A stretch of DNA of 64,000 nt, taken from Hydrurus foetidus. Taxonomy: Eukaryota. A model generated the notes under the pieces. The model was not told where the DNA came from. It searched no databases and saw only the letters and a program-made list of their open reading frames with translations. Numbering within the stretch: the first letter of the stretch is position 1; each line of letters begins with the position of its first letter. The stretch is from NCBI GenBank assembly GCA_900617105.1, contig UYFQ01000001.1:1-64000 (forward strand), given 5' to 3'. The position numbers and the translations under genes were made by a program. Shown here piece by piece: positions 10,273 through 20,773 of this stretch.

Positions 10273-11550
10273 ATGCGTATCGAAACCCTCGCCGTCCACG
10301 CGGGCTACTCGCCCGACCCCACCACCAAAGCGGTCGCCGTGCCCATTTACCAAACGGTGGCCTATGCGTTTGACAACACGCAGCACGGTGCCGACTTGTT
10401 TGACCTGAAAGTCGCGGGCAACATCTACAGCCGCATCATGAACCCGACCAACGCTGTGCTGGAAGCGCGCGTGGCAGCGCTGGAAGGCGGCATTGGTGCG
10501 CTGGCTGTGGCCTCTGGCATGTCAGCCATCGCCTACGCCATTCAGACCATTGCCGAGACGGGCGACAACATCGTCTCAGCCTCCACCTTGTACGGCGGCA
10601 CCTACAACTTGTTTGCCCACACGTTCCCGCAAATGGGCATCGAGGTGCGCTTTGCTGATTACCGTGACCCTGCCTCGTTTGCCAAGTTGATTGATGCCCG
10701 CACCAAAGCCGTGTACTGCGAAACCATTGGCAACCCACTGGGCAACATCACCGATTTGGCGGCCTTGGCCGCCGTGGCCCACGCGCACGGCGTGCCATTG
10801 ATTGTGGACAACACGGTGGCCAGCCCTTACCTGTGCCGCCCCATTGAACACGGGGCCGACATCGTGGTGCATTCGCTCACCAAGTACCTCGGCGGGCACG
10901 GCACCACCATTGGTGGCGCGATTGTGGATTCGGGCAAGTTCCCTTGGGCAGAGCACAAAGCACGGTTTAAACGGCTCAACGAACCCGATGTCAGCTACCA
11001 CGGTGTCGTCTACACCGAGGCGCTGGGTGCGGCCGCCTACATCGGACGTGCCCGCGTAGTGCCTCTGCGCAACATGGGCGCGGCGCTCAGCCCTATGGCC
11101 GCGTTTCAAATTTTGCAAGGCATTGAAACCCTGGCCCTGCGCATGGACCGCATTTGCGAGAACACGCTCAAAGTCGCCGAACACCTGCAATCCCATGCCA
11201 AGGTAGGTTGGGTCAACTACGCCGGTTTGCGCGACCATGCCGACCACGGCTTGGTGCAAAAGCAAATGGGTGGGCGGGCCTCCGGCATCATCAGCTTTGG
11301 CCTGAAAGCCAGCGACAGCCTAGAGGCCGGTGCACGCTTCCAAGATGCGTTGAAGCTCTTTACCCGTCTGGTCAACATTGGCGATGCGAAGTCTCTCGCC
11401 TGCCATCCCGCATCCACCACGCACCGCCAGCTCAACCCCGCCGAGTTGGCCAAAGCCGGTGTCAAACCGGACATGGTGCGCTTGTCGATTGGCATTGAAC
11501 ACATTGACGATTTGCTCGAAGACTTGGAGCAAGCGCTGGCAGCGGTCTGA
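10273..11550 (+). CDS. metY: O-acetylhomoserine aminocarboxypropyltransferase/sulfhydrylase
   Basis: [19 protein letters not shown] lysine in [26 protein letters not shown]. Confidence 0.92.
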   Translation: MRIETLAVHAGYSPDPTTKAVAVPIYQTVAYAFDNTQHGADLFDLKVAGNIYSRIMNPTNAVLEARVAALEGGIGALAVASGMSAIAYAIQTIAETGDNIVSASTLYGGTYNLFAHTFPQMGIEVRFADYRDPASFAKLIDARTKAVYCETIGNPLGNITDLAALAAVAHAHGVPLIVDNTVASPYLCRPIEHGADIVVHSLTKYLGGHGTTIGGAIVDSGKFPWAEHKARFKRLNEPDVSYHGVVYTEALGAAAYIGRARVVPLRNMGAALSPMAAFQILQGIETLALRMDRICENTLKVAEHLQSHAKVGWVNYAGLRDHADHGLVQKQMGGRASGIISFGLKASDSLEAGARFQDALKLFTRLVNIGDAKSLACHPASTTHRQLNPAELAKAGVKPDMVRLSIGIEHIDDLLEDLEQALAAV

Positions 11551-11564
11551 GCTCACTCAGGCCA

Positions 11565-12119
11565 TCATGCCAAGTGACGGTGGGTGAGCATCACCTGCGC
11601 TTCCCGCAGCGCCTCCACCGTGTCCACATCCACCACGCAGCCCGCATCGTTCACGACCATCTCCTGAACCGTGCAGGCCCGCACCACAGCCGCTGCGCCT
11701 TTGTCCCCTTGTAACGCCGCCAAAGCCGCACCGCACTGCGCTGAAAACCCCACCGGGTGGCCGCGCTCGCCTTGGTAGACCGGCACAATGACTTGAACCG
11801 ACGCATCGGATGACACCAGCGCCTGCGCTACGGCCCGCAGCGTAGCGGCGCTGACCAGCGGCAAATCTCCCGGCAAGATCAACCACCCCGCCGCACTGCC
11901 AGCCGTTGCCCGCACCGCCGCTGCAATGCTGTCTCCCATGCCGGGGTGCCCCGCGTCTTCCTGGTGCCAAGGTAAGCCACTCGCACGCACTGCGTCCAAC
12001 GTGTGCTCCAGCACAGACTTGCCCGCCAGCAGCGCTTTGAGCTTGTGGGTGGTGCCGCCCGACGCGAGAAAGCGCTCACCACGGCCCGAGGCGAGGACGA
12101 TCACGGTGGGTTCGCTCAT
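11565..12119 (-). CDS. MocA/MobA-like NTP transferase (Mo cofactor cytidylyltransferase-like)
   Basis: IVLASGRGERF, GMGDSIAA, LPGDLP, GHPVGF, DVDT motifs. Confidence 0.88.
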   Translation of the reverse strand: MSEPTVIVLASGRGERFLASGGTTHKLKALLAGKSVLEHTLDAVRASGLPWHQEDAGHPGMGDSIAAAVRATAGSAAGWLILPGDLPLVSAATLRAVAQALVSSDASVQVIVPVYQGERGHPVGFSAQCGAALAALQGDKGAAAVVRACTVQEMVVNDAGCVVDVDTVEALREAQVMLTHRHLA

Positions 12120-12487
12120 GGCTTCAAGCGCTTTTGGACGGCTTTAGCCAGTTCAGCCATCTTTTCAGCGACCCGTGCGATGGCCGACTGGTACACCACG
12201 CTGTCTTCGCGCTTGTCCACCGCCATCACCATGACGATCAACACATCGTCTTGCACGCCATAGACCAGCCGATAGCCCTGCTTGTTGAGTTTGATTTTGT
12301 AGTGCCCTGCCAGCGCACCATGCAACGCTGCACCGGGCACATGGGGGTTATCCAGACGCTTTTTAAGCAACTTGCGCAATGGCTCTTTGACTGAGCCATC
12401 GAGCTTTTGCCATTCCGCCCAGGCGCTGGGGACAAATTGCAAGCGGTACTTGTGTTGGCGTACCGGCTGCACGGCCTTAGATGGCAT
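12116..12487 (-). CDS. RelE/StbE-family toxin
   Basis: AWAEWQKLDGSVK..YKIKL..GYRLVY..AVDKRE; overlaps the upstream antitoxin and the mocA start. Confidence 0.9.
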   Translation of the reverse strand: MPSKAVQPVRQHKYRLQFVPSAWAEWQKLDGSVKEPLRKLLKKRLDNPHVPGAALHGALAGHYKIKLNKQGYRLVYGVQDDVLIVMVMAVDKREDSVVYQSAIARVAEKMAELAKAVQKRLKP

Positions 12488-12728
12488 CCACATCGACCTC
12501 AATAGCCTGTGCCCGTTCGCCCATGCGCGCGAGCACAGTGCGGCCCAGTTCCTGGTCAGCCAGCTCTTCTAGCATGGCCTCGAACAGCGCGGGCTCAACC
12601 ATGTAGAACGCCGCCCTGTTGTGGTTCAACACGGCCACCGGGCGACTGCGGGCTTCGCGCAATACAGCCGCCGGGTTCTTTTTGAACTCAGACATGCTGA
12701 TCGTCACATCGGCAAAAATAGCTTCCAT
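12477..12728 (-). CDS. Phd/YefM (StbD-like) antitoxin
   Basis: ISMSEFKKNP..PVAVLNHNRAAFY; acidic C-terminus; directly upstream of the toxin. Confidence 0.9.
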   Translation of the reverse strand: MEAIFADVTISMSEFKKNPAAVLREARSRPVAVLNHNRAAFYMVEPALFEAMLEELADQELGRTVLARMGERAQAIEVDVDAI

Positions 12729-12854
12729 AACTGGCTCCTTAATTGGAGCTAATTATGGCGCTAAATTTGCGGGGGCGCTGCCTATAGCGGTAATGTGTTT
12801 TGTGCTCCAGGCAACAGCAAAAAACGAGCAAAAAAGAACATCTTTGGCACTAAA

Positions 12855-12917
12855 TTTCAAGCAAAATAGGCCTTAACCGCTTGTATTGCATTCATTGTTT
12901 GCTATTCATTTTGAACT
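12855..12917 (-). repeat. Dispersed ~50 bp motif copy (intergenic, degenerate core)
   Basis: GCTATTCATTTTGAACT at 12901-12917 with flank TTTCAAGCAAAATAGGCCTTAACCGCTT. Confidence 0.55.
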
Positions 12918-12918
12918 T

Positions 12919-14205
12919 ATGAAATTAAGCTCAGTTGCCCTCATTTTGAGTCTACAGCTCTGTGCGATACCCGCATCGGCTCAAACGCCTTGGCCCAGTT
13001 ACATGACCGCGCTGGAGCCTGACGACTCGGACAGCACGGTGGTGGCGGTACTGCCGTCCGATAGCGTGGTTCAGCCGCCTGACAGCAGTGTGCCCGCCGA
13101 TAAAGCGCGGTGGAGTGGCCATTGGTCGGGCTGGGCTTGCCCAAGTCGTCAATGCGACATCAAGCTGGTGGTGGAAAAGATCACAGCCCAAGGCGCGACC
13201 ATCGTCTATGCGCGTGGCACGGCTGCGCTGGGCCAGTTCAGCGAACGCATCGAGGCGCAATTCAACGCTGACGAACTTCAGGGTACGCTGAGCAATGGCT
13301 ACCGCATCAGCTTCAAAATGCGGCCCGACGAAGCGCTGATGTTTTTGCTGCTGACCAACGTGAAGGGGCAGTTTGCTGCGGGGGTGCTGTCCCAAGACGC
13401 CCCGCCATCAGCCGCCAACATGGTGAAACTGACCGAGCGCATACCGACCACCCTCATCGAAGACGGCAAGCCGGTGTCCCTGGAAGTGGTGATTTTTAAA
13501 CCTCCAGGAGCAGGCCCGTTTCCCCTTGCGGTGTTCCACCACGGCTCAACGGGCCGTGGCGATAACCCTGCTGCGTTCACCAGCACCTGGACAAGCCCTG
13601 GCTTGGCCAAAATATTCACAGCCAAAGGTTGGTTGGTGGCTTTTCCGCAGCGGCGCGGGCGTGGCAAATCGGATGGGCTGTATGACGAGGGCTTTGATCT
13701 CAAGCGCTCGGGCTACACCTGCCAGGCCGCTTTGTCACTGGCCGGTTTCGAGCGCGCCTTGGTTGATGCCGATGTGGCTATGGCGCACTTGCTGGCACGC
13801 CCCGATGTGGCGGGCCAACAAGCGCTGGTCGGCGGTGTTTCCAGGGGAGGCATTCTCTCGGTGGCCTATGCAGGCATCCACCCGGAGCGTACGCTGGGGG
13901 TCATCAATTTTGTAGGGGGGTGGATGGGGGATGGTTGCCCCACTGCGACGGCCATCAACGCTGGCAGCTTCAAAAGAGGCGCCCCCTTTCGCCAGCCCAT
14001 GCTATGGCTGTATGGGGAAAACGATTCGTTTTACAAGATAACGCACAGCCGCCAGAATTTTGATGCTTTTGTCGCAGCGGGAGGGCTGGGAAGCTTTACG
14101 GCCTTCCCTTTTCCGACCTCAGAAGATGGCCACGGCGTGCACACGCGGTCTGACTTGTGGCGTGATGCCGTGGACGGCTATTTGCAGCAATTGGGGCATC
14201 CTTAA
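12919..14205 (+). CDS. Exported alpha/beta hydrolase (dienelactone hydrolase-like) with an extra N-terminal domain
   Basis: Signal peptide ending ASA-Q; FHHGS, nucleophile GVSRGG, YGEND, DGH. Confidence 0.8.
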   Translation: MKLSSVALILSLQLCAIPASAQTPWPSYMTALEPDDSDSTVVAVLPSDSVVQPPDSSVPADKARWSGHWSGWACPSRQCDIKLVVEKITAQGATIVYARGTAALGQFSERIEAQFNADELQGTLSNGYRISFKMRPDEALMFLLLTNVKGQFAAGVLSQDAPPSAANMVKLTERIPTTLIEDGKPVSLEVVIFKPPGAGPFPLAVFHHGSTGRGDNPAAFTSTWTSPGLAKIFTAKGWLVAFPQRRGRGKSDGLYDEGFDLKRSGYTCQAALSLAGFERALVDADVAMAHLLARPDVAGQQALVGGVSRGGILSVAYAGIHPERTLGVINFVGGWMGDGCPTATAINAGSFKRGAPFRQPMLWLYGENDSFYKITHSRQNFDAFVAAGGLGSFTAFPFPTSEDGHGVHTRSDLWRDAVDGYLQQLGHP

Positions 14206-14386
14206 CGGAAAAGGAGTCTGAAATGCACATTTCAGCCCCTTTGTCTGATGTGCTCCTCTGCGTCGTCAGGTACACCAGTTCGTCATAAAATTATTTATAG
14301 ATATTCTTAAAATACCAAATACATTATTTTTATGAATAAATTCATGACCATCAATTTGCAAATTTCTTGTTAGTACAGGATTAAAA

Positions 14387-14431
14387 ATTCATAGATGTAA
14401 TATTTTTCGAATTTTGGTAACATCTATGAAT
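14387..14431. promoter_or_regulatory. Probable autoregulatory operator of the hipBA-like operon
   Basis: Perfect 12 bp inverted repeat ATTCATAGATGT-N21-ACATCTATGAAT, overlapping the start codon, in an AT-rich region. Confidence 0.7.
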
Positions 14432-14858
14432 GCCACGACAGAATTCTCCCCCTGCCAGCACCCCTCAAGCCGTCATTCAACAGATTGAGCAGCTCGCGCT
14501 TAACATCGTCATAGCCCGTAAGCGTCGACGAGAGACACAAGCGCAGTGGGCCAAAAGACTGGGTATTTCTCAACCCACCATGGCCCGCTTGGAGCGCGGT
14601 GACCCGTCGGTGGCCATGGCCACTTACGTGATGGCCATGTGGTTGATCAAACCCTCGCTCGGTTTGGCGGATCTGATTGCACCGCAAGCTGACGACGCTT
14701 CGCTGGAGTTGGAGGTCAACATGGCACTGGGGCGGGCAAGCGCTACGGCACATGCGCCTAAACCTAAAGTCAAAGCCAACACAGTTTCCGCTCAAAGCAC
14801 CAACACGGCAGCTGGCTTGGCCGCACTGATGGCAAAACCGGCGCAGGCAGTGCCATGA
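14430..14858 (+). CDS. XRE-family HTH protein, HipB-like antitoxin
   Basis: ARKRRRETQAQWAKRLGISQPTMARLERGDP; ATGA overlap with hipA. Confidence 0.85.
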   Translation: MPRQNSPPASTPQAVIQQIEQLALNIVIARKRRRETQAQWAKRLGISQPTMARLERGDPSVAMATYVMAMWLIKPSLGLADLIAPQADDASLELEVNMALGRASATAHAPKPKVKANTVSAQSTNTAAGLAALMAKPAQAVP

Positions 14859-16114
14859 CTGTGCCAGCCGTCACGCCCAGTATCTACACGCCACAAGACC
14901 AGCTCTTTGTGTGGGCATTGATCGATCCCGCCCAACCCGCATTGATAGGCGAAGTTCGCCTATCGCAACTGGTCAGCGACTGCGCAGTATTCACCTATGC
15001 ACCGTCGTGGTGGAACTTCCCTTTAAGCGAAGACCTGCCCATCATCCAAGGGCAAACATTCAGCGCAGGCCTGCGGGACAGTGCCCCAGGTGCCATTGAC
15101 GACGCCCGGCCAGACCGCTGGGGTGAGCGCATCATTCGCCACATTGACCGACCTGCCCGCCTGTCCATCCTAGAAATGCTGCTTTTTGCAGGGGACGACC
15201 GCTTCGGAGCTTTGGGTATCTCGGTGTCTGCCACGCATTACTTTCCCCGCAGGATTGGACCGTACCCCAACATGGGCGATCTGGGCCAGTTGGCGCGAGC
15301 CATCGAAGCTGTGCAAGCTCAAGCCCCCATCACTTCAGAGATTCAACGCCTGGTGCAGCCCGGCGTCACCCTCGGTGGGGCGAGGCCCAAGGCTCTTTTT
15401 CAAACTGACGAGGGCGCATGCGTCATCAAATTCAGCGAGCTGGGTGATCCGGTGGATACACCGCTGATTGAGCACGCGACGATGACTTTGGCCGCCACTG
15501 CAGGCATCCATGTAGCAGTGACGAGCGTGCTGCCATTGCCACCCCGCTACGCCCAAGTGCGGCACGCCTTGACGATACAACGGTTCGACCGCATCGGGGT
15601 CTACCGCATGCACTGCCTGTCGGCCAAGACCGTCCTGGCAGCAGCGGGCTTGCGCGAGAGTTACGGCGCATTGGCGACCGTGCTGCTGCGTCTGGCAAAC
15701 CCAGACCGCCAGGCTGCCATGCGCGAAGAGCTGTTCAAACGCATGGTGTTCAACATCCTGATGGACAACACCGATGACCATGAGCGCAACCACTGCGTGC
15801 GGCTGGCGTTTGATGGGTATTACGGGCTGACACCCGCGTTTGACATGGTGCCCAGTCTGCAAAACTTGGCCTATCAAGCCATGTCTGTCGGTGCTAAGGG
15901 CAACGAATCCACACTCGACAACGCACTGACTGAGCTGAGCGAATTTGGCATCAAAAGGCAAAGAGCAATCGAGCTGATTCAAACCGTTGCGCGCGTGGTC
16001 GAGGGGTGGTCACAGCATTTTTTGACCCTCGGCGTGTGCGCGTCGGACATGGCGCAGCTTGAAGCCAGTATTGACCGCGATTTTTTGAAGCACCAGCGAC
16101 GGGAATACTGCTAA
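14855..16114 (+). CDS. hipA: HipA-family kinase toxin
   Basis: DARPDRWGE, TLGGARPKA, IKF, RFDR, NTDDHERNH, LTPAFD motifs. Confidence 0.92.
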   Translation: MTVPAVTPSIYTPQDQLFVWALIDPAQPALIGEVRLSQLVSDCAVFTYAPSWWNFPLSEDLPIIQGQTFSAGLRDSAPGAIDDARPDRWGERIIRHIDRPARLSILEMLLFAGDDRFGALGISVSATHYFPRRIGPYPNMGDLGQLARAIEAVQAQAPITSEIQRLVQPGVTLGGARPKALFQTDEGACVIKFSELGDPVDTPLIEHATMTLAATAGIHVAVTSVLPLPPRYAQVRHALTIQRFDRIGVYRMHCLSAKTVLAAAGLRESYGALATVLLRLANPDRQAAMREELFKRMVFNILMDNTDDHERNHCVRLAFDGYYGLTPAFDMVPSLQNLAYQAMSVGAKGNESTLDNALTELSEFGIKRQRAIELIQTVARVVEGWSQHFLTLGVCASDMAQLEASIDRDFLKHQRREYC

Positions 16115-16188
16115 CGCACACGCCCATCGCAAGCGCATCAGGCCAGGTTGCTACGACATCAACCTGATCTATCCCTCTGCGCCGTCAG

Positions 16189-18462
16189 TTACGCCAGCTT
16201 GAACGGCAGCTCCCGCAGCCGCTTGCCCGTCAGCTTCGCCACCGCGTTCGCAAAAGCTGGAGCCAGCGCTGGCAACCCAGGCTCGCCAATGCCTGTAGGC
16301 GCATCCGCACTCGGCACGATATGCACGGCCATCTGTGGCATGTCCGTGATGCGGGGCACCACAAAATCGCCGAAGTTGCTTTGCTCAACAGCACCGTCTT
16401 TCAACGTGATGGCGGCACCGGGCAGGCACATCGACAGGCCCATGAGCGCCGCCCCTTGCACTTGGGCTTCAACGCTTGTCGGATTGACGGCCAGGTTGCA
16501 ATGCACGCCTGCGGTGACGTTGTGCAGCTTGGGCGTGCCATTTTTGACGGACGCTTCCACCACATAGGCCACCACCGACTGGAAGGACTCATGCACCGCC
16601 ACGCCCCAGGCACGGCCTGCGGCGAGTTTCTTTTTGCCGTAGCCGGATTTGTCCACCGCCATTTGCAGCGCAGCTTTGTGGCGAGGGTGCTTGTCACCCA
16701 TCAGCTTGAAGCGGTAGGCCACCGGGTCTTGCTTCGTGGCGGTGGCGATTTCGTCGATCAGCGTTTCCATGACGAACGCGGTGTGGGTGGAGCCCACGCT
16801 GCGCCACCAGAGCACGGGCACGTTGACTTTGGGGTGGTGGACGGACAGGCGCATGGGCAGCTCGTACGGCTCGCGCATCCCCTCCACAGAGGTGCCGTCG
16901 ATGCCGTCTTTCACCAGCATGGACTCGAACAGCGTGCCCATCAAAATCGACTGGCTGACGATCACATGGTCCCATCCCGCGATCTCGCCTTGGGCGTTGA
17001 AGCCGATGTCGGCGCGGTGAACCGTCATAGGGCGGTAGTAACCGCCTTTGATGTCGTCTTCACGGCTCCACAGGGTACGCACGGGGGCGTTCAGGCCGGC
17101 GGCGTAGGCTGCTTTGGCGATGGTGCAGGCTTCGACCACGTAATCGCTGGTGGGGATGGCGCGACGGCCAAAACCGCCACCGGCCATTTGCACGTTGATT
17201 TTGACGTTTTGCGGGGGCACACCCAGCACCTTGCTCGCCGCCATGCCATCAAAACCGGGCATTTGCGTGCCCAACCACAGCTCAGCCTTGTCGCCAGTGA
17301 CGGCCACCGTGCAGTTCAGCGGCTCCATCGGTGCGTGGGCGAGGTAGGGGAAGACGAATTCGGCGCTGATTTTGTGCGGTGCAGCGGCTATTTTTGTCAC
17401 ATCGTCGTTGTACTTGAGCGTGCCGGTTTTTTTCGACAAGGCTTGGTAGCTGGCCAGCTGCTTGGCTGAATCCGTTTTTTCCACGGCGCTGCTGTCCCAG
17501 ACGATTTTCAAAGCTTCACGGCCCAGTTTGGCCGCCCAGTAGCCGTCTGCCACCACGGCCACGCCTTCACCGCCCCGGTCTAGCGGCACGCGCAGCACGG
17601 CTTTCACACCCTTCACGGCTTTGGCCGCGCTGTCGTCCAGCGAGGTCAACTTGCCACCGAACACGGGCGGATGCGCCACCACCGCCGTCAACATGCCGGG
17701 CAGGCGCACGTCGATGCCGTAGTTTTGTGTGCCGCTGGATTTAGCCGACGCATCAATGCGCCCAGTGGGTTTGCCGATGATGCGGAAATCCTGCGGGTCT
17801 TTGAGGGTGACTTTCTCGGGCACGGGCTGAAGCATCGCGGCTTCTGCCAAATCGCCGTAGCCCAGCTTTTTGCCACCGGGGCCAATCACGTGGCCGCTTT
17901 GCGTGCGCAGGGTGGAAGCCTCCACGCCCCACTGTGCGGCAGCGGCATTCACCAGCATGGCGCGGGTGCGGGCACCGAGTTCACGGTACTGGGTGTACGA
18001 GTTGCGGATGGAGCCGGAGCCGCCGGTGAGGTGGATGCCAAAAGCAGGATCGACATAGGCCGGATTGTTCGAGCCGTGGATGCTCTTGACGCGGGCCCAG
18101 TCAGCGTCCAGCTCTTCAGCCAAGATCATCGGCAGGCCGGTTTGCACGCCCTGGCCGAAATCCAAACGGTTGATGGTGACGGTGACGGTGCCGTCTTTGT
18201 CGATGTGGACAAAAGCGGACGGCTGCTGCGTGGGCTTGAGGGCCGCAGACTTGGCAGGCGTGGCCTCTTGTGCACCGGCCAGCATGGGGTAGGCACCCAG
18301 GGCAAAGCCAGTGGCGGTTGCTGCTTTCAAAAAGCTGCGGCGTGGCATGGCGGTGGCACTGGTGCTGGTATCGTTTGCTACAAAATCCGTAGCTGCTTGC
18401 GCTTTCTCAGCAAGCAGTGACAGGTGTTTTGGCATCTCTAAGTTGTTCATATCGAAGTGCAT
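16189..18462 (-). CDS. Xanthine dehydrogenase-family molybdopterin subunit (isoquinoline 1-oxidoreductase beta-like)
   Basis: Tat-like PRRSFLK; GQGVQTGLPMILAEELD, AHAPMEPLNC, GGGFGRR, WWRSVG, GIGEPG. Confidence 0.93.
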   Translation of the reverse strand: MHFDMNNLEMPKHLSLLAEKAQAATDFVANDTSTSATAMPRRSFLKAATATGFALGAYPMLAGAQEATPAKSAALKPTQQPSAFVHIDKDGTVTVTINRLDFGQGVQTGLPMILAEELDADWARVKSIHGSNNPAYVDPAFGIHLTGGSGSIRNSYTQYRELGARTRAMLVNAAAAQWGVEASTLRTQSGHVIGPGGKKLGYGDLAEAAMLQPVPEKVTLKDPQDFRIIGKPTGRIDASAKSSGTQNYGIDVRLPGMLTAVVAHPPVFGGKLTSLDDSAAKAVKGVKAVLRVPLDRGGEGVAVVADGYWAAKLGREALKIVWDSSAVEKTDSAKQLASYQALSKKTGTLKYNDDVTKIAAAPHKISAEFVFPYLAHAPMEPLNCTVAVTGDKAELWLGTQMPGFDGMAASKVLGVPPQNVKINVQMAGGGFGRRAIPTSDYVVEACTIAKAAYAAGLNAPVRTLWSREDDIKGGYYRPMTVHRADIGFNAQGEIAGWDHVIVSQSILMGTLFESMLVKDGIDGTSVEGMREPYELPMRLSVHHPKVNVPVLWWRSVGSTHTAFVMETLIDEIATATKQDPVAYRFKLMGDKHPRHKAALQMAVDKSGYGKKKLAAGRAWGVAVHESFQSVVAYVVEASVKNGTPKLHNVTAGVHCNLAVNPTSVEAQVQGAALMGLSMCLPGAAITLKDGAVEQSNFGDFVVPRITDMPQMAVHIVPSADAPTGIGEPGLPALAPAFANAVAKLTGKRLRELPFKLA
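18375..18432 (+). repeat. Dispersed ~50 bp motif copy, in the N-terminus of the Mo subunit CDS
   Basis: Core GCTACAAAATCCGTAGC at 18377-18393 followed by TGCTTGCGCTTTCTCAGCAAGC. Confidence 0.8.
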
Positions 18463-18480
18463 GGTGTGTCCTCTTAAACG

Positions 18481-18948
18481 TTAAGCCAAAGTGCTGGCAG
18501 CGTCATGGATGGCGGCGCGCACGCGCACATAGGTGCCACAGCGGCAAATGTTGCCCGCCATGGCTGCGTCGATGTCGGCATCGGTGGGTTTCTTTTTGGC
18601 GGTGAGCAAAGCGGTGGCGCTCATGATCTGGCCGCTTTGGCAGTAACCGCACTGCGCCACGTCGTGCTTGACCCAAGCGATCTGGATGGCTTTGCCAACT
18701 TTGCCGGCGGCGCCTGTTGCCACAGCCTCGATGGTGGTGATTTTTTGCCCTGCGGCGGCTGAGATCGGCGTGATGCAGGAACGGATGGCCTGGCCGTTCA
18801 GATGGACGGTGCATGCGCCGCACAGCGCTTGGCCGCAACCGAACTTGGTGCCGGTTAGCCCCAAGGTGTCGCGCAAGGCCCAGAGGATGGGGGTGGAGGG
18901 GTCGACATCGACGCTCAGGTCTTTGCCATTGATGTTGAGGGTGGTCAT
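18481..18948 (-). CDS. [2Fe-2S] subunit of the Mo oxidoreductase (IorA-like)
   Basis: [30 protein letters not shown]. Confidence 0.95.
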   Translation of the reverse strand: MTTLNINGKDLSVDVDPSTPILWALRDTLGLTGTKFGCGQALCGACTVHLNGQAIRSCITPISAAAGQKITTIEAVATGAAGKVGKAIQIAWVKHDVAQCGYCQSGQIMSATALLTAKKKPTDADIDAAMAGNICRCGTYVRVRAAIHDAASTLA

Positions 18949-19017
18949 GGTGGGGGCTGTTGTTGGGAAAGGTTAAAGAGACGCGGGAATGGAGGAAAAA
19001 AGGAGGAGTGGTACGGT

Positions 19018-20133
19018 TTAACGCAGGCCTTTCCACCACTGCACATTGGTGCGGGCTTGCCCCACTGTCAGCACCTCGCCGATGAGAGGGGTGGCCAGCT
19101 CGATGTTGTTGCGCTCAGCCAAAGCGGCCAAGCGCTCCAGCGGGTCTTGCCAGCGGTGAAAAGCCAAGTCGAACGTGCTGTTGTGCACGCCATAGAGCGT
19201 CTTGCCCTTGAGGTCTTGAAAGGCTTGCAGGGTTTGCTCAGGGGTCATGTGGACAGCGGGCCAGTAGCTGTCATAAGCGCCGTTTTCCATCAACGCCAAA
19301 TCGAAGCCGCCAAAGCGCTCGCCAATCTGCTTGAAGCCGGGGAAGTAGCCGGAATCGCCGCTGTAAAAGATCCGCTGGTCGCCACTTTGGATCACCCAAG
19401 AGGCCCACAGCGTTTCGTTGCGGTCGGTCAAGGTGCGCCCTGAGAAATGCTGGGCCGGTGTGGCCGTCAGCGTTACCCCACCTTGTGCCAGGGCATGGGT
19501 GTGCGTATGTGCTTGCCACCAGTCCATCTCGGTGATGCGCTCTGCGGCAACGCCCATGCCTTGCAGGCGACGGCCCACGCCCAGGGGCACAAAGAAGCGT
19601 TTTACCCGGCCATTGAGGTACTCGATGGTGGCGGTGTCCAGGTGGTCGTAATGGTCGTGCGACAGCACCAAGCCTTCGATCTCAGGGAGTTCGGCCAGCG
19701 CAATCGGGCTGGGGTGAAAGCGCTTGGGGCCTATCCACTGCAAAGGCGAGGTGCGTTCGCTGAACACCGGGTCAATCAGCCAGTAGCTGCCTCGCAATTT
19801 GAGCAAATGCGATGAATGCCCCAGCCGCACCACATGGTTGCGCGTGTTGTCCAAGGCATCAAGCTGCGCACGGCTCAAGGGCTGCATGGGGATCGCGTTC
19901 ACCGGCACCGTGCCCACCTTGGCTTCGGTCAGCATGCGCCAGTAAATTTTGAAGGTGCTTTGCGAAGGCAAAGCATCGGGGTTGTCCATGTTGCGAAAGC
20001 CACAGCCCTTGTACTGCGGCGACTGTGCATAAGGGCTTTCACACACCTTGTCAGGCGAGGTGCTGCATGCAGCCATGAAGGCCGCAGCCACCAGACCCAG
20101 GCCGACTTTGAGAGTACGTGCAATGTTCATCAT
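19018..20133 (-). CDS. MBL-fold metallohydrolase (NAPE-PLD/RomA-like), lipoprotein
   Basis: Lipobox MAAC; LGHS, IDPVFS, SHDHYDHLD, PAQHFSGR, YSGDSG. Confidence 0.9.
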   Translation of the reverse strand: MMNIARTLKVGLGLVAAAFMAACSTSPDKVCESPYAQSPQYKGCGFRNMDNPDALPSQSTFKIYWRMLTEAKVGTVPVNAIPMQPLSRAQLDALDNTRNHVVRLGHSSHLLKLRGSYWLIDPVFSERTSPLQWIGPKRFHPSPIALAELPEIEGLVLSHDHYDHLDTATIEYLNGRVKRFFVPLGVGRRLQGMGVAAERITEMDWWQAHTHTHALAQGGVTLTATPAQHFSGRTLTDRNETLWASWVIQSGDQRIFYSGDSGYFPGFKQIGERFGGFDLALMENGAYDSYWPAVHMTPEQTLQAFQDLKGKTLYGVHNSTFDLAFHRWQDPLERLAALAERNNIELATPLIGEVLTVGQARTNVQWWKGLR

Positions 20134-20134
20134 A

Positions 20135-20152
20135 GGTGAATATTTATTCGGT
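20135..20152. promoter_or_regulatory. Putative TetR operator upstream of the MBL gene
   Basis: GGTGAAT-ATTT-ATTCGGT, similar to the palindrome upstream of tetR. Confidence 0.55.
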
Positions 20153-20188
20153 TAAAAGTTAAATAATGCGCTGAAAACACGCCGCATC

Positions 20189-20761
20189 TTAGGCCTTGAT
20201 GCCATCCCAACACAATGAAAATGCCATGCTCAGCGCGGCTTCATCACCCGCCATCGTTTGGTTGCGGATCAAACTTGCCGTTTCGCGCACAGAGCCAAAC
20301 AGGCAGCCTGTCAGCATGATGGGGGGCACAGCCTTCAGTTGCTCTTGACGCTGGCCTTCTTCGAGCAAAGCAAAAAACGCGGCAAACAACTTGGACACCA
20401 GCTCACGGCTGCCCTGCGTGAACCAGGGAGAGTTGTAGTACTGCTCTTGAAACACCACCTCGGCGTAATGGTCGAGCCGGTTGCGCAGCATGTTGTTCCA
20501 AATACAACGTACTTTGCTGCGTAAAGTGGGGGCCTCAGGCACGCCTTCCATCAGGCGCTGAGCCGTGGCAGTTTTGGCGGCTTGGTAGAGCTCAGAAATC
20601 AACGCGTCTTTGGACGGGTAGTACACGTACAGCGTGCTGGTGGCCATGCCCGCCGCCTTGGCGATGCTGGCCATCGTGAGGCCACTCAAACCCGTTTGCT
20701 CGACCAAGGCGAAGGTCGCCTCGGCAATCGAACGGAGTTTGTCGTCGGACTTGGGTTTCAT
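20189..20761 (-). CDS. TetR/AcrR-family regulator
   Basis: GLSGLTMASIAKAAGMATSTLYVYYPSKDAL HTH. Confidence 0.93.
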   Translation of the reverse strand: MKPKSDDKLRSIAEATFALVEQTGLSGLTMASIAKAAGMATSTLYVYYPSKDALISELYQAAKTATAQRLMEGVPEAPTLRSKVRCIWNNMLRNRLDHYAEVVFQEQYYNSPWFTQGSRELVSKLFAAFFALLEEGQRQEQLKAVPPIMLTGCLFGSVRETASLIRNQTMAGDEAALSMAFSLCWDGIKA

Positions 20762-20773
20762 AGAAGCAGTATA

